Shown piece by piece: positions 24,636 through 37,000 of a DNA stretch of 64,000 nucleotides. The stretch is from positions 36,642,001 through 36,706,000 of the forward strand of contig CAIIXF020000001.1 in the NCBI GenBank assembly GCA_903813345.2. The letters are read 5' to 3'. The position numbers and the translations under genes are program-made. The first letter of the stretch is position 1. Each line of letters opens with the position of its first letter. This DNA comes from Owenia fusiformis. Taxonomy: Eukaryota. Under the pieces are notes generated by a model. The model made no database searches. It was not told where the DNA came from and saw nothing but the letters and a program-made list of their open reading frames with translations.

Positions 24636-26192
24636 TTAAAAATGAGAACCTGTTTTGTCGTGAATGTCATGGTAGATAGGATTAGCTGCAGCATTAGCAT
24701 AAATATTCACCTCCTGGCTGGTTCTAGCCCTGATAGATCCTGTCAGTTTCTTTAGAGGACTCTCTTTCTTAGGAATTAGAGGAGCATCATATTGAATCTC
24801 CTTCCTCAACGACTCAAAGTTATCATTATAGCTTGTAGATGGCACTATCATTTCTCTGTTACTCTTTTTGTTGTTTCCAGCAATCTCTGCTAATAGTTCA
24901 CCAGCATTGTTTTTTCGTTGTGATTTATACAAAACTTCAACGTTATTGTCACTTGTCTGAGCAGAAAGCATGTCATAACTCCACCAAAGTTTTGTATTTT
25001 CACGATCATCCTCAGGACGACCTTTGTTTTTCATTAGAGACATCTTTTTACCATAGACATCTTCGGTGCCTATTTTAGTGTCTGCATAGCTGTAATTATG
25101 CAGTGAACTTCCATATCGTTTAGGCTTATGAGCCCCAGAGAGTGATTTATCCAGCTTCTTTTTCAATGCGATGCCCCCTCTGCTTGACTGCCTAGGAGGC
25201 AGTGGTACGGGTTTAGCGGGTCTTTGCTGCTTCATATGAGGTTGCGTGATGGTACGTCTCCTTGTTGTGCCATCATCACCTATCCCAGAGTCCTCCTCAA
25301 CATCACTATCAATATACTGTCCAAAATCATCTCCATCATATTGTTGATAGATATTTGTGCCACCTGCTTTATTCTCATCATCGCTCTCACTTGAAAATTC
25401 CATCACTTCTTCTTCAATTTCATATCCTTCCTTGTCTGGTGCTTTATTTCGCACCATTTTGTTTTTTCTCGGAGGAGGTACTGGTGTTGTATCGTCACTT
25501 GTTACAGGTCCTCCTGTTAAATTCTCTTTGTCCCTTTCAGATAATTCATAGGCATCCTCTTTATATAGATCCTCATTTGACGTCACATTTTCACCATCAT
25601 TGTCAATTTCTGGTTCAGTAAATATGGACATAAAAGCAGGGACATTCCGGTTCACTCTATTGTGCTCTGATTCACGTGTTTGTTTATCCTCAAAAATTGG
25701 GTTATATTTTGAACTGCTTGACATACTGCTGAGAAATCCATTCATATCTGGAAAACCATTTCCACTCACATTTGGGAACCCTTCATCATAGTCTGAATCA
25801 CCATCCCTATCATTGTGGTTAAAGTCTGTAGGAGGCATCCTTTGTATTCCAGGGAGAATGCCTTCTACCCCTGTGCCATCTATACCAGTATCATCATGTT
25901 GTTTTTCATAGTTCCCATATTGCGATGGAGCCTGGGGGGCTGGACCTTTACCATGAGCTCCTAGCAGTTTACGGTCTGCTAACTGGGCAAAGGACTTCTT
26001 CTTATATTCTGGGTTTTTCTGGGTAACATCAAAATCTGGGTGTGATAGAATTTGAAGTTTAGCATCTACAACTTCTGTTGTTTCAACATCTTCTTTTTGT
26101 TTAGCTTTGCCATCATAGTCACTGTACTTGAACTTTCCAGCCTTTCCACCACCAAAAATGTCCTTAACATGTGGTATTTTTCTTTCAGTCAT
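24636..26192 (-). CDS. Uncharacterised 518-aa acidic/Pro-rich, probably disordered protein; CDS in one exon
   Basis: 1557-nt stop-free ORF in AT-rich DNA with protein-like composition. Splice acceptor (ttttcag on minus) at ~26237 with an in-frame stop before the ATG; candidate 5'UTR exon 27464-27545. No domain recognised. Confidence 0.8.
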   Translation of the reverse strand: MTERKIPHVKDIFGGGKAGKFKYSDYDGKAKQKEDVETTEVVDAKLQILSHPDFDVTQKNPEYKKKSFAQLADRKLLGAHGKGPAPQAPSQYGNYEKQHDDTGIDGTGVEGILPGIQRMPPTDFNHNDRDGDSDYDEGFPNVSGNGFPDMNGFLSSMSSSSKYNPIFEDKQTRESEHNRVNRNVPAFMSIFTEPEIDNDGENVTSNEDLYKEDAYELSERDKENLTGGPVTSDDTTPVPPPRKNKMVRNKAPDKEGYEIEEEVMEFSSESDDENKAGGTNIYQQYDGDDFGQYIDSDVEEDSGIGDDGTTRRRTITQPHMKQQRPAKPVPLPPRQSSRGGIALKKKLDKSLSGAHKPKRYGSSLHNYSYADTKIGTEDVYGKKMSLMKNKGRPEDDRENTKLWWSYDMLSAQTSDNNVEVLYKSQRKNNAGELLAEIAGNNKKSNREMIVPSTSYNDNFESLRKEIQYDAPLIPKKESPLKKLTGSIRARTSQEVNIYANAAANPIYHDIHDKTGSHF

Positions 26193-29100
26193 CTTTACTT
26201 TTGATTAGTATGTCATGTATTAGAAGTCAGTCTATCCTGAAAAGATATAAAAGTTCAGTTACACATCTTTTATTAATACCAGTATATTTAAATATCAAAG
26301 TTTATTTTGTCAAAAGCAAAATAATTCAATTTACTATGTACATGTAGCTTATTATATTTGCAATATATCACCTGATGTTCAAATGAAATGTCTAAGTGCT
26401 AAGGATTAGATTTTTCCAAGGATGAAGAAAAGATCAAGTACTTAACAAGGACTCAATCCTCAATGTAAAAAATGAAAGTGCTTGTGTGTATGATTCCCTA
26501 GTTTGGAAATGTATGGCTAAGATTTACTTGTATGACCTGAGTTGCTATTTAATCGGCTTTTTGAGAGAGTAAGAGCATTAGCTGACAAGTTTTTCTTTTG
26601 CGATATACAAACACTGTGACTGCATATAAAACTTTAATATTGCAATTTATATGCCTGTTTTTTTATGGTTCAATTCAACTAGTGTTAGTGTATTGAAGTA
26701 TTTGAAGGCCTTATATTAAATACTCGTAAGTTATAGTACTTTCATCTTTTAAACTTAAAAGTTGATTTGCCTGTTTTAAATCAGTGAAGAGGAACCCCTG
26801 TTAAAATGTACTTGTAGTCCTCAACATATTAAAAACATTAATAAGATATTAAAATACATTTAAATTCAAAATTCAAAGCAAAAATGCATTACCAAATAAT
26901 CAACCTCGATTAGTATTTCATGTTAACTAAAGTTAAGTTGTCAACAATTATATTTATTACGTACTTGCTGTCATCCTATATTACAACTGTTAAATGTAAT
27001 ACTACATGTATTAAAATAACCCTGACTTGGAACAGTGTGAGGACATTTAAACTCTAGTATTTCAATAAAGGGAGTTCACTTAAACAAAACCATTAGTCAT
27101 ATATACCAGATATAGTTTATGATTTCATAAAAATATGGGATGTATCATAAACCACTTTTTAATTTGGATACTTATTTTTAAAAGTTTCATATTTTGATAT
27201 TTTAATGGAGCGTGTAGCATAGAAATGAATGGGACTATGAAAATATTGGTAAAAATGAATATATTTTTCAGTATATTTTCAAAATATCAATGTACTGGTT
27301 TACTGTATGATATGATTGAAAGGAAATCAGATTCATGATTGACACTTTTATTTAGTTATGGATTAATTTAACAACATATTTGTATAATAATCCATTAAAA
27401 CACATACTTAATTCATTGATTTTGTTTAATCCTATCTATAATTGCTAAAAACTATTGATTTACCTTTGAAAACCTCCAGATGTCCGCATCATGTCTCCAC
27501 CCATCTTTAAGCAGTCATATTTAACGCCCTATAGCCTCAGTAACCCTATGTAGAAAAAAAATGTTTGTATTATATTATGAATGTAAAGAAACTCAAAGTG
27601 TGTATATTTACCGTCATTCATCAGGTTATTTGCGTTGCTCTCAATAGTGTATGGAATTAAGGTGGTAAGTGAATGCCGTGGAGCTGAGTTCTATGGAATT
27701 TCATGTCGAACCTGCATTAGCAAACACAAAGTCCGTGTCAGCCCAATATCTAAATCTTTGAGACTATTCAACCAAGGCCTTGATTAAAGAATTATAAGAC
27801 TTCTATAGTTTTGAATGATTTCATTTTTTCAATAAATCTTTTCAACTCTGGAATTTATTTCTATAAAAGACACTTATTGTGAATAAAATACTAAATTCAA
27901 CTATTGATTTATTTTTACAAAATATTCTTTTAAAACTTCACTTATTAAATAGGCCTAGTCAAAAATGAAGTAAAGTCCATGATGATCTTGCTAGTATAGA
28001 TCTATTGTAAACAGGAAACCATGAACATAATAATTATTTTAACCTGCATTCTCTAAGTCAATTTCTTCATCATGAATTCTTAGCACATATTAGACATATT
28101 AAGATATACGATGAAATAGTATCATGTCTATCAAGGTGATCAACAAGCAGATAATACAAGCAGATGGGTCTTTCATGATAATTAATACATCACATCATGG
28201 TCAAAAATCATTTTTACCTCATAGCATCTTTCTGTTTCATCAGCAACATGTCAAGGCTGAGAAGAAAAATTAGATGTCATGGTTTATCATGATAGTCAGA
28301 AAATTGTAACAGCATTTGATGTGTATGGCTTTTCCAAGAGCTCCACTTTGTGTAATGGCTCTTGAAATGAGAGATAATGCTTTAATATAACCTCTATCTC
28401 TAATCATGTAGTTAGAAAATCATTCCACCATATTTTCTGCCAATAAAAAGCTAACATTCATTACATATTCAAGCTCCTATATATTCCATGAAAGCTGCCT
28501 TTGAGATTATTAAGACCTTAACAGCATTGAAACAATTAATCAACTGTTGTTAACTTATAGTCAGAGGGTAGTGTACCTAGCCAGTGGAAGTTCAGGGTAA
28601 CAAAAAATATTAATTGAAAATATAAAATCTGCTTTCACAGTCATTAAATTGAATTAATTAAATTAAATTGAATTTGATATTAGGTATGTACAAAAACTGT
28701 ACAAAAAGACCCAATAATCCATTATTTTAGAGTATGTGTATTTTGTAATTAAAACTGTTTTTCTTTTTCATATTGCATGGTATATTTTAGGCATCTTTGT
28801 CCATTTTAATCTTTTTGTTTAAACAACATTACCTCCATGTATAAAATTATATAAAAGAATTCAGATTATGTAATTCTACTCCTTTACCTTGAATTGAAAT
28901 ATTTAGAATTGTATTCCAAAATCCATATGTTCAATAATGTTGTCTTAATCAGTGACGTTGTCAAATTATACCTCACTTACCTGCTTCACCATTAATCTAT
29001 TCAATGTATTAGTAGATATATGTCGTATGTGACAGTGTTGACAGGTACTAGCCATAGGCACACGAGGGACCAGATCATGTCAATTTTAGAGAAAATGATT

Positions 29101-30206
29101 AACCTAAGGATAAGACCATCTAATTATCCTGGAAACTTGTAGACATTAAAGGGAAATTAGTTAAAATTGAATTTATGAATTGAATTTCTAACTGAATTTT
29201 TTCTTTATTATTAAAAGTGAATTTTCTATACATCTCCTGTATGGTATTACTTGTAAAAACATTAATGTTTGACATGCCCCCTAACTTTATTATCATTGCA
29301 TCAGGGATGAACGATATCAGTTGCAGCATCATGAGTATGTATCTACCAAACATATATATATTGATTTATTGTCTTGGAAATAGGCAAGAGTAATTTTAAT
29401 ATTTGTTAAAGTTTTTGTAAAAGAATGGATCCAGACTTTTATGTTTCCTATATTCTCAAAATAGCTAATTACATACACTAATAGATTTTCTGGTCAATAC
29501 AGAATCTTAGTTTATTTTCCATAAACATTGCATGGAGCTTAAAAACTTTGCATTAGAAATGTGAATGTACATGCATGACATGCTAAACATTTATTTATTT
29601 ACGGCAACAAGAAAAAAGTATTATAATATTAATAAATCAAAGTGAAATAAAATAATTATAACTTACTTTCTATTTGTTGAGAACACTTGTACAGTAACAT
29701 TCATTTTATTGATGACATCATTCTTATTTTATGTAGCAAGTATATGGTATGTTTTATTCACTCTCATCACGCTCTCAGTATATTGCACTCTTGATTGCTT
29801 GGCCACAGTGTGGTTCATGGTGCAACTTAATATCTGTAGTGACTGAAGTGGAGACCACATCACTAAAATATTTATTGACTTCAGATCCCTCTGATATAAC
29901 TATTGGTTAAATAATTTATGTTCAATCAATATGAATCCGTTAAAACTCTTCAATTTTGCCCTTTTCTTTCCTGGGTATTTGCAGTATAAAAGAAAAGATG
30001 GTGCGTTCTTCTATGGGACTTGATCAAAGTATTATGGATACTCTTTGATAATCATAATATAATATTTAGTTTACCAAAGACTTAATATTTATGTGTTTGG
30101 TTTAATTAGATCTTTTCTAACTATACATGTATGTATGTCAGGTTACCAACCTATAACTGATGCACATGTTTCAAAGCCTTATTGATCTGATAGAATTAAT
30201 AATCTA

Positions 30207-30347
30207 CAGGGTGACTGGGAAAAAGGAGACCATTGAAGTAGGCAATATCATAGAACTGTTCCGATGTGTGCCAAATTTCATTGATGCCACTTGTCTAGTT
30301 TAGGAGATAGTGTCTACTTCAATGGTCTCCTTTTTCCGGTCACCCTG
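30207..30347. mobile_element. Tc1/mariner-type hairpin MITE, 141 bp
   Basis: TA-CAGGGTGACTGGGAAAAAGGAGACCATTGAAGTAG / CTACTTCAATGGTCTCCTTTTTCCGGTCACCCTG-TA. Confidence 0.85.
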
Positions 30348-30419
30348 TATGAGACCAGTCTTTGAACAATTGAAAGAGGTGACTCATGAGAGGCTGAGAG
30401 TTAAATCAGTAGCAAAGAG

Positions 30420-30694
30420 CACTGGTGGATCAAGAGGGGAGCCCCTTTCGAGTCTCTAGCCAATTCTTCTGTAGTAGCTACTTAGAAGAACTGGTAAGGA
30501 GCCCCTCTCCCCAGAAATTTTTTTCTGACTTGAAATTAGTTCAACGTCGTTAAACTCAATAACGGCGTTCTTTATTATTAGGAATTTTCTTGGGGCCATT
30601 ATTGAGATAAGAAACGAGGCCCGGGCTAGGTCTAATGTTGTTGGACTAACTTGAAATGTTCTCACCCCCCCCCCCCCCAACTGATCCACCACTG
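30420..30694. mobile_element. MITE with CA(C/G)TGGTGGATC / GATCCACCACTG termini
   Basis: Terminal inverted repeat; same terminus type as 828-840 and 50558-50689. Confidence 0.6.
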
Positions 30695-30779
30695 AAGAGA
30701 GAGTAAATCTTTGGAAATATGCTGGAATATTAAAAAATCATGTTGTATATCACGTAGTGGTTATGACTATTTTCATTGA

Positions 30780-31052
30780 ATTTAAATCCGGGGATCAATA
30801 TAATTACTATTAAAAATGCGCATGATTATCATCCCGGTGTCTTATCATCATATATTTATTTCTCGCGTAAAATTAATCCCGTGAAATCTCGTTTCCTTAA
30901 TTCGAGAAGCGTCGCCATCTTTAATATTCGTTAATCGATAGCGTGGCCTTGTTTAACTGTAATTTCCTATATAACTAGGGAATCATATTTGCATTTATAT
31001 AAATAAAGTGATTCGGAGTACGAGAACTACATTTTGGGCTGGATTTCTGAGG
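30780..31052. promoter_or_regulatory. Probable YTHDC1 promoter/5'UTR, possibly bidirectional
   Basis: Local CpG enrichment just upstream of the predicted first exon; YY1-type CGCCATCTT at 30913-30921. Confidence 0.55.
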
Positions 31053-34000
31053 ATGAGCGAAGCTCTTATTGATGAAAATAAAGGTAAACAAGTCGAGATT
31101 TTTGTGTTTTGTTCGTAAAAATTTTCGGGAAAAAGAGACAAAAAAACTCGATTTTGAAAGTAGAATTAGATACATTTTCTTATGTTTCCTCTGTCAGCAA
31201 AGCAAATGTTGATGCTTCCTGAAAATTGTACAAAAATCATGTCAGATATATCTCGTAAAAATATACGGAATCCTTTTCAATAATCGACATGCTGCTTCAA
31301 ATAAGACTTACCCTTCACTACCTACGTCTACAGAGCAAGTTTACCCAAAATGGTAGCAATCCAACCACTAGATCTTATCCCGTTCCCGGACTATGGTCCT
31401 GTGAACATCTCAATCTTTTGCCTGTGCGATTACAACATGGGAGAATTTTTTAGTGATCTCACACTTCAGATACCTACTTTAATAGATTCCTTGGTAATTT
31501 AGCATTATTTTCGTGTAGTTGAATCCACAATTGTCTGGGTTTATCGGCAGAACGAAGACATTTTCGTTTTTGATCGCAATATTTGCGTGTAACATTTAAC
31601 TTATTTCAACCGTCAAATTCCTCCATATTGGTACTTCCGAGCTACATCCGGGACAGCCAAACGGGGGATTCCCCTTTTAAATCCAACCGCCATTTTGAAA
31701 AGTGATGGAATCTCTCTCGATGAAAAAGAGAAAATGTTCCCGTTCTGCCGATATACCCAGACAATCGGCGGTTCCAATATATTAGAAGTTACATCTTGAG
31801 TTCTATAATGCATTGAGGTAGGTATCTTAAGTGTAAGGGGCGTAGATAATTCTCCCAAGTTGTAATCGTACAGGCAAATGAATGCGATCAGTGCAGGACT
31901 ATAGTCCGGGAACGGGATAAACTAGATCTACTTGCTGAGAAAGAGAAATCTGAAGAATATGGAAAGAATTGTAGACAAATGTAGACAATTTTTACCTGCG
32001 TTTATATTTGGATGCTTCTCTGCCATGTTATTTTCAATAAGATTAACATGGCTGAAATTCTTCAAATTACAAGACGGCACAGGCTTAGTCTATTGCACAA
32101 AAAACAAAAAAATCTGAAATATACAAATAATGAATATACTTTTCCATATATTATTGCACAATGGTCTCCCAATTTCTTATTTTTGCCGTTCTACTGACGC
32201 AATGAAGCAGTGAAATGGACTCTAGTCAAAACAGTTTGTTTGTGACTACTTTGAATTAAAAAATAATCAATCAAATGACCATATTGAAACAGTTTATGTA
32301 AAAATAGAAACATTTATATTTATCCTAACTTTTGTATTATATTTTGATACTTCTCTGCCATGTTATTTTCGGAAAAATGAACATGGCTGGAACTCCCTAA
32401 ATTACAATAGGCCACAGCTTTGCTGCACATTATACATTACTATCTGAAATATACAATGTCCAAGATAGCAATGTCAAATATTGTAGGAAGGGCCCCCGAA
32501 GCTACTGACTATTTAAAATCAACTTTATTCAAGATATTACGCTAGGATTTATGAATCATAAAGACCTGTAATGATGCATTGAAATTAGTAAATTAAAACC
32601 CTACATATAAAGTGATGACGAACTTAAGTTGAAAGGTGGCAACGTTCTGTTCCATTCAGGAAGTGGTCCAAGGTGCTACAAATGGGAAATTATTTCGATC
32701 TATATTTTATAACCTCAGAATACTGCCTTCAGTGTCATGTTTAGCTGAGTTTAACAATTTCAAGCCGTCCAACTGTCCCGCAATTTGCATATTTGTCATG
32801 AATTTGCTGGAAAATCTGAAGTCACACCAGTTTTTGACACAAAATGTCACACAAATACGCATTTTACCTGATCATTGTCAAGCAAAAATATTTCTGTAGA
32901 AAAACTTCAAAAATGATTGCAGATACAGCAAAAACACGAACACCAAAAAAAGAAATACTGTATGCCTTCTACAAGATTTTAATGGCTAACATTTGTGGGG
33001 GGGTTTCGCTTTCACTAAATGTCAAAAGTAAGAAAAAGGCAAAACACTCCCACATTCATGGGGGTAGGAGTCAATGTTCCCTTTAGAAGTTTGATTTACA
33101 AAAATAAGAAAATGAGATGACATTACCACGCATCTACTTACCAGTATGTTCTATGTCCTCCGGCAACCCTAGGTTACATGAAGTCAGCCAAACATGAGAG
33201 TGAAGTCAGTATGCTCAGGAAGAAAAATTGAATCGAAAAAATATTTCTATAACTTTCTTATGCCAAATTTGAAAATGGCTTTCAGTTTCAAAATGACCAC
33301 CATTTTAGTGTTGATTTTACAGTATATTAGGTACAGAACATGTTTTAAATGCAAAAAAATTAATGGATATTGATTTAGATGAAAATCTAATTTAAAAAAA
33401 AGCGTGGCAGCCATCTTGTTATTAGAATTTGTTTGTTTGTTTCTAGATGAAATTGATGCTGACTTAAATTTCTTAGACAATATCCTAGACCATCAAGTTG
33501 ACGAAGAATTTGAAGCAGATTCCCAAAAAGGTATATTATTAAAACAAAATGTAATATTTCTTAAATATTAACCTGTTGTTAATATTTATGCTATAGTGTA
33601 AACATATTTATACTCATACTTTTTATGCTACAAAAGCAGTGATAAAAATGGATGAATTCCATCAGGTACAAAATGAATTCATAATGCTGTCTGTCTTCCA
33701 GCAAAGAAACATTCAAAAACTAAATTAAACGGAGCAAAGAAAAGAAAAAGTGAAGGCACTATGGACGTAGATGGAGAGGAAAAGGACAAGAAGTTAAAGG
33801 ATATGGAACGAAGGAGGAAACAGTTAGAAAAGGAAAATAAAGAGCGAGAAGAGACATTGCGGAAATTAAAGATGGAAGAGGAGCTTTTGAAAAGTCCCGA
33901 TGGTATGTATATTCAAATGATTCACTGTTATATATTTGCTATTCAAAACCTCAGAACTTTGAGCTTTATACAATATATTTGATTGCTGCATTACATTTTA

Positions 34001-37000
34001 TGTCTTGAGTAATACGTCACATCTGACAAGATGTCATGGTCCTAATATTTTAGGGTTGAAGGCAAGTTCGAAGAAATCGGACAAGTCAAAATCCCCTCGA
34101 AAATCGGGTAAGTATTATTTGAACAAATATGTACATTATAGTCTTACCTTGTTTTGCGGTTATATTCAATTTTGTTCAGTTCAATTGTCATAGATCTACA
34201 TGTAGTTTAGTTTAATGGAAGACTACCAAGTACATATGTGTATATGATATATGTGTTATTATTACAACTTTGTATTCTTTTTATATATCATTGTTCTCCT
34301 CAGAATGTTTTCTTAGGTGGATGCAAAACTTTAATTTGAATTATTCTTTTATAAAGAATGTTCAGAACTGATTCATTTTTTGTGATTTTACAAATTCTCA
34401 ACCAATGAGGTATTTCAATTGCTACTTTTAATTTTCAACTGGGCGAGACCACTGATATTTATTGTACAATATATGTTTAATTATTAATGCATGTTACCAG
34501 CAATAGATTTAAGTTTCAGTTCACCAAGTATATTTCTTCGTTTTGCGTGATTTCAACATTTCTTTTTATTTGATGTTGTTCGATTATCAGCTTGTTAATC
34601 ATATTTTCAATTTATTTTGCATGCCTTTCAGCAGCCAAATTTGAAGTATCAATCAATTCATATAAAGGTCACCCTTTATGTTTTACCAAAGTCTTTTAAG
34701 TGTAGCACTGGAATCATGTTATTAGGAACCTTTATCTTTCAACATATCAATTATGTTGATGTTGCAGTAATAGCCATACTTTGCTTATAAGGACTGTCTC
34801 CATGTTATGATCAGTGTAGTCATTAACAGCCTTCCCAGCGGTCACAGACCACTTAGTACGGGACCAGCAGAAGTTGCATAATTACTGGTCTTTTTGACCA
34901 GTGTGTTTTTGTGTCTATTAACCTCAAGGAATGATGTCCATGATATTATTGTTACAAATGGATAATACTTTTGATTTACTCTTAAGTTTACATCATATTT
35001 GCTTCTTGTGACAGTCTTTTCTTAAACAAAAGTAAATAATATCATTGGTTTCTCTCGTGAAAACAACATGATTAGGAATGATATGGACCCAAATATTCTA
35101 AAATTGAAACAGTTTTTGGTATCTTTTTATTAAGATCTGATTCTAGATTTTATGATATAATGACCTTTGAACAAAATGTATTTTCTCATGTGCCTGCATT
35201 GTATTAGTAGTTTACTGCTATATTTGTAGACCATGATGATGAGGTCAATATGGACCTTGGAGATGACCTAGGGGGTGAGACTATTAAGGGTTATGACACC
35301 AGGAGTGAAGCTGGGAGTGGATTCTCCGAGAGCAGCCTATCAGGTACAACTCAGAACAGAACATTTTTTTCATAGTTGATCGATCTAATACAAAAGTTAT
35401 CCTCAGATTCAAAGCTACCAGACCTCAACATACTGTTACTGTGATCTTTTGAGGCTCTGTGTTGAGCTGATCATAGCACCACTAAGGTCACTAATACATT
35501 TAGTCCCTTGTGTTAGCTATGATACAACCATGCCCACTTGGGTATCATGATTTCTGGTTTATAGCCCCTGTGAGATTGACAAGAAATTGACTTTGTGGAT
35601 AATGTGTTCAGCATCTGTAAGAAATAGCAAGTGGTGACATTTTGCATGTTCATGCCTTGTGTTGAGATTGTAAGCAATATCCATTCCTTTTTAACATTTT
35701 ACAAGTTATGGCAATAAATAATCACCAAACAAGACTCTCATTGGTGTATAACATTTGTACATTTTGGTTCTCTATGACTTCTTTTTAGAATCTGAAAATG
35801 ATGAGAAGCCAGAGGGAAACAGGAGCCGTGCGGATAGCAACCGTAGTATCTCCCCCATAGCTTTTCCTGAGAGAGATGAATCAGAAGATGGTATGTCTAG
35901 CCAGTTCAGTTTTTATTGTCATTCATCAAGTCTCTCCTTAGTCCTTCTTATTTCCTCACCACATTGTGAAGACTGAGAAATAAGGATGAAGTGACATTCA
36001 GTAGAAATAACGTAAATACAGCTTAATAAGTAACTCTCTTATGTGAATACTATATGCTGTTGATTATTTCAATGTGTTCATCATTTAATGTATGATGAAA
36101 TGTAGTATCATATCATGTAATATGTGTGTATCATACTATAATGTATCATGAAATGTAGTATCATATCATGTAATATGTGTGTATCATACTATAATGTAAG
36201 ATGTTGTATTTTTGTAGTTGCTGCAGCTGAGGCAGAAAGTAAACCTGTAGAGGAGTCCACTTCTAATGTAACTGCTGGTGTAGGTGAGTAGTACTTTATA
36301 TTATAACTGCTGGTGTAGGTGAGTAGTACTTTATATTATAACTGCAGGTGTAGGTGAGTAGTACTTTATATTATAACTGCTGGTGTAGGTGAGTAGTACT
36401 TTATATTATAACTGCTGGTGTAGGTGAGTAGTACTTTATATTATAACTGCTGGTGTAGGTGAGTAGTACTTTATATTATAACTGCTGGTGTAGGTGAGTA
36501 GTACTTTATATTATAACTGCTGGTGTAGGTGAGTAGTACTTTATATTATAACTGCTGGTGTAGGTGAGTAGTACTTTATATTATCAGGTAAACTTTTTAT
36601 GTGCAATTCCTCATGGGGGTCTATCAGGATCAGAAGACCACAATAGATTCCCTTCATTTAATGTCTCTGAGAAGAATTTAGTCGATCAATGCTCACACAA
36701 TTAAGTCCAAAATGATGGTGGTGCATTTGTATTTGGAAAATGTTTGACAATATTCACTGAATATTAGTGTATATTATTGACCTACGACTACTATCAAAAA
36801 TATTATATTCTGACAATGTAATCTGAGATCACAGTTCACTATTACTATTGACTGCTCTATGACCAATCAAAATCTACAAGAACATGTTGTTTTATCTTCC
36901 AGCTCAAGGTCGCTATTTGAAGTACATGTTCCGTGATGCCAGGTTTTACCTCATCAAAAGCAACAACAGTGAGAATGTTGCACTGGCCAAGGCTAAAGGA

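Noticed and set aside
24839..25791. Plus-strand ORFs opposite the 518-aa gene
   Set aside because: Antisense shadows of a real CDS; likewise the small ORFs overlapping 55624-58632 and KEAP1.
32010..32455. ~120-bp degenerate direct repeat about 336 bp apart; also small duplications at ~36095-36198 and ~53958-54015
   Set aside because: Ordinary local duplications with no evident function.
36269..36584. CRISPR-like array (35-bp repeats)
   Set aside because: Head-to-tail units with no unique spacers, no cas genes, eukaryotic intron.
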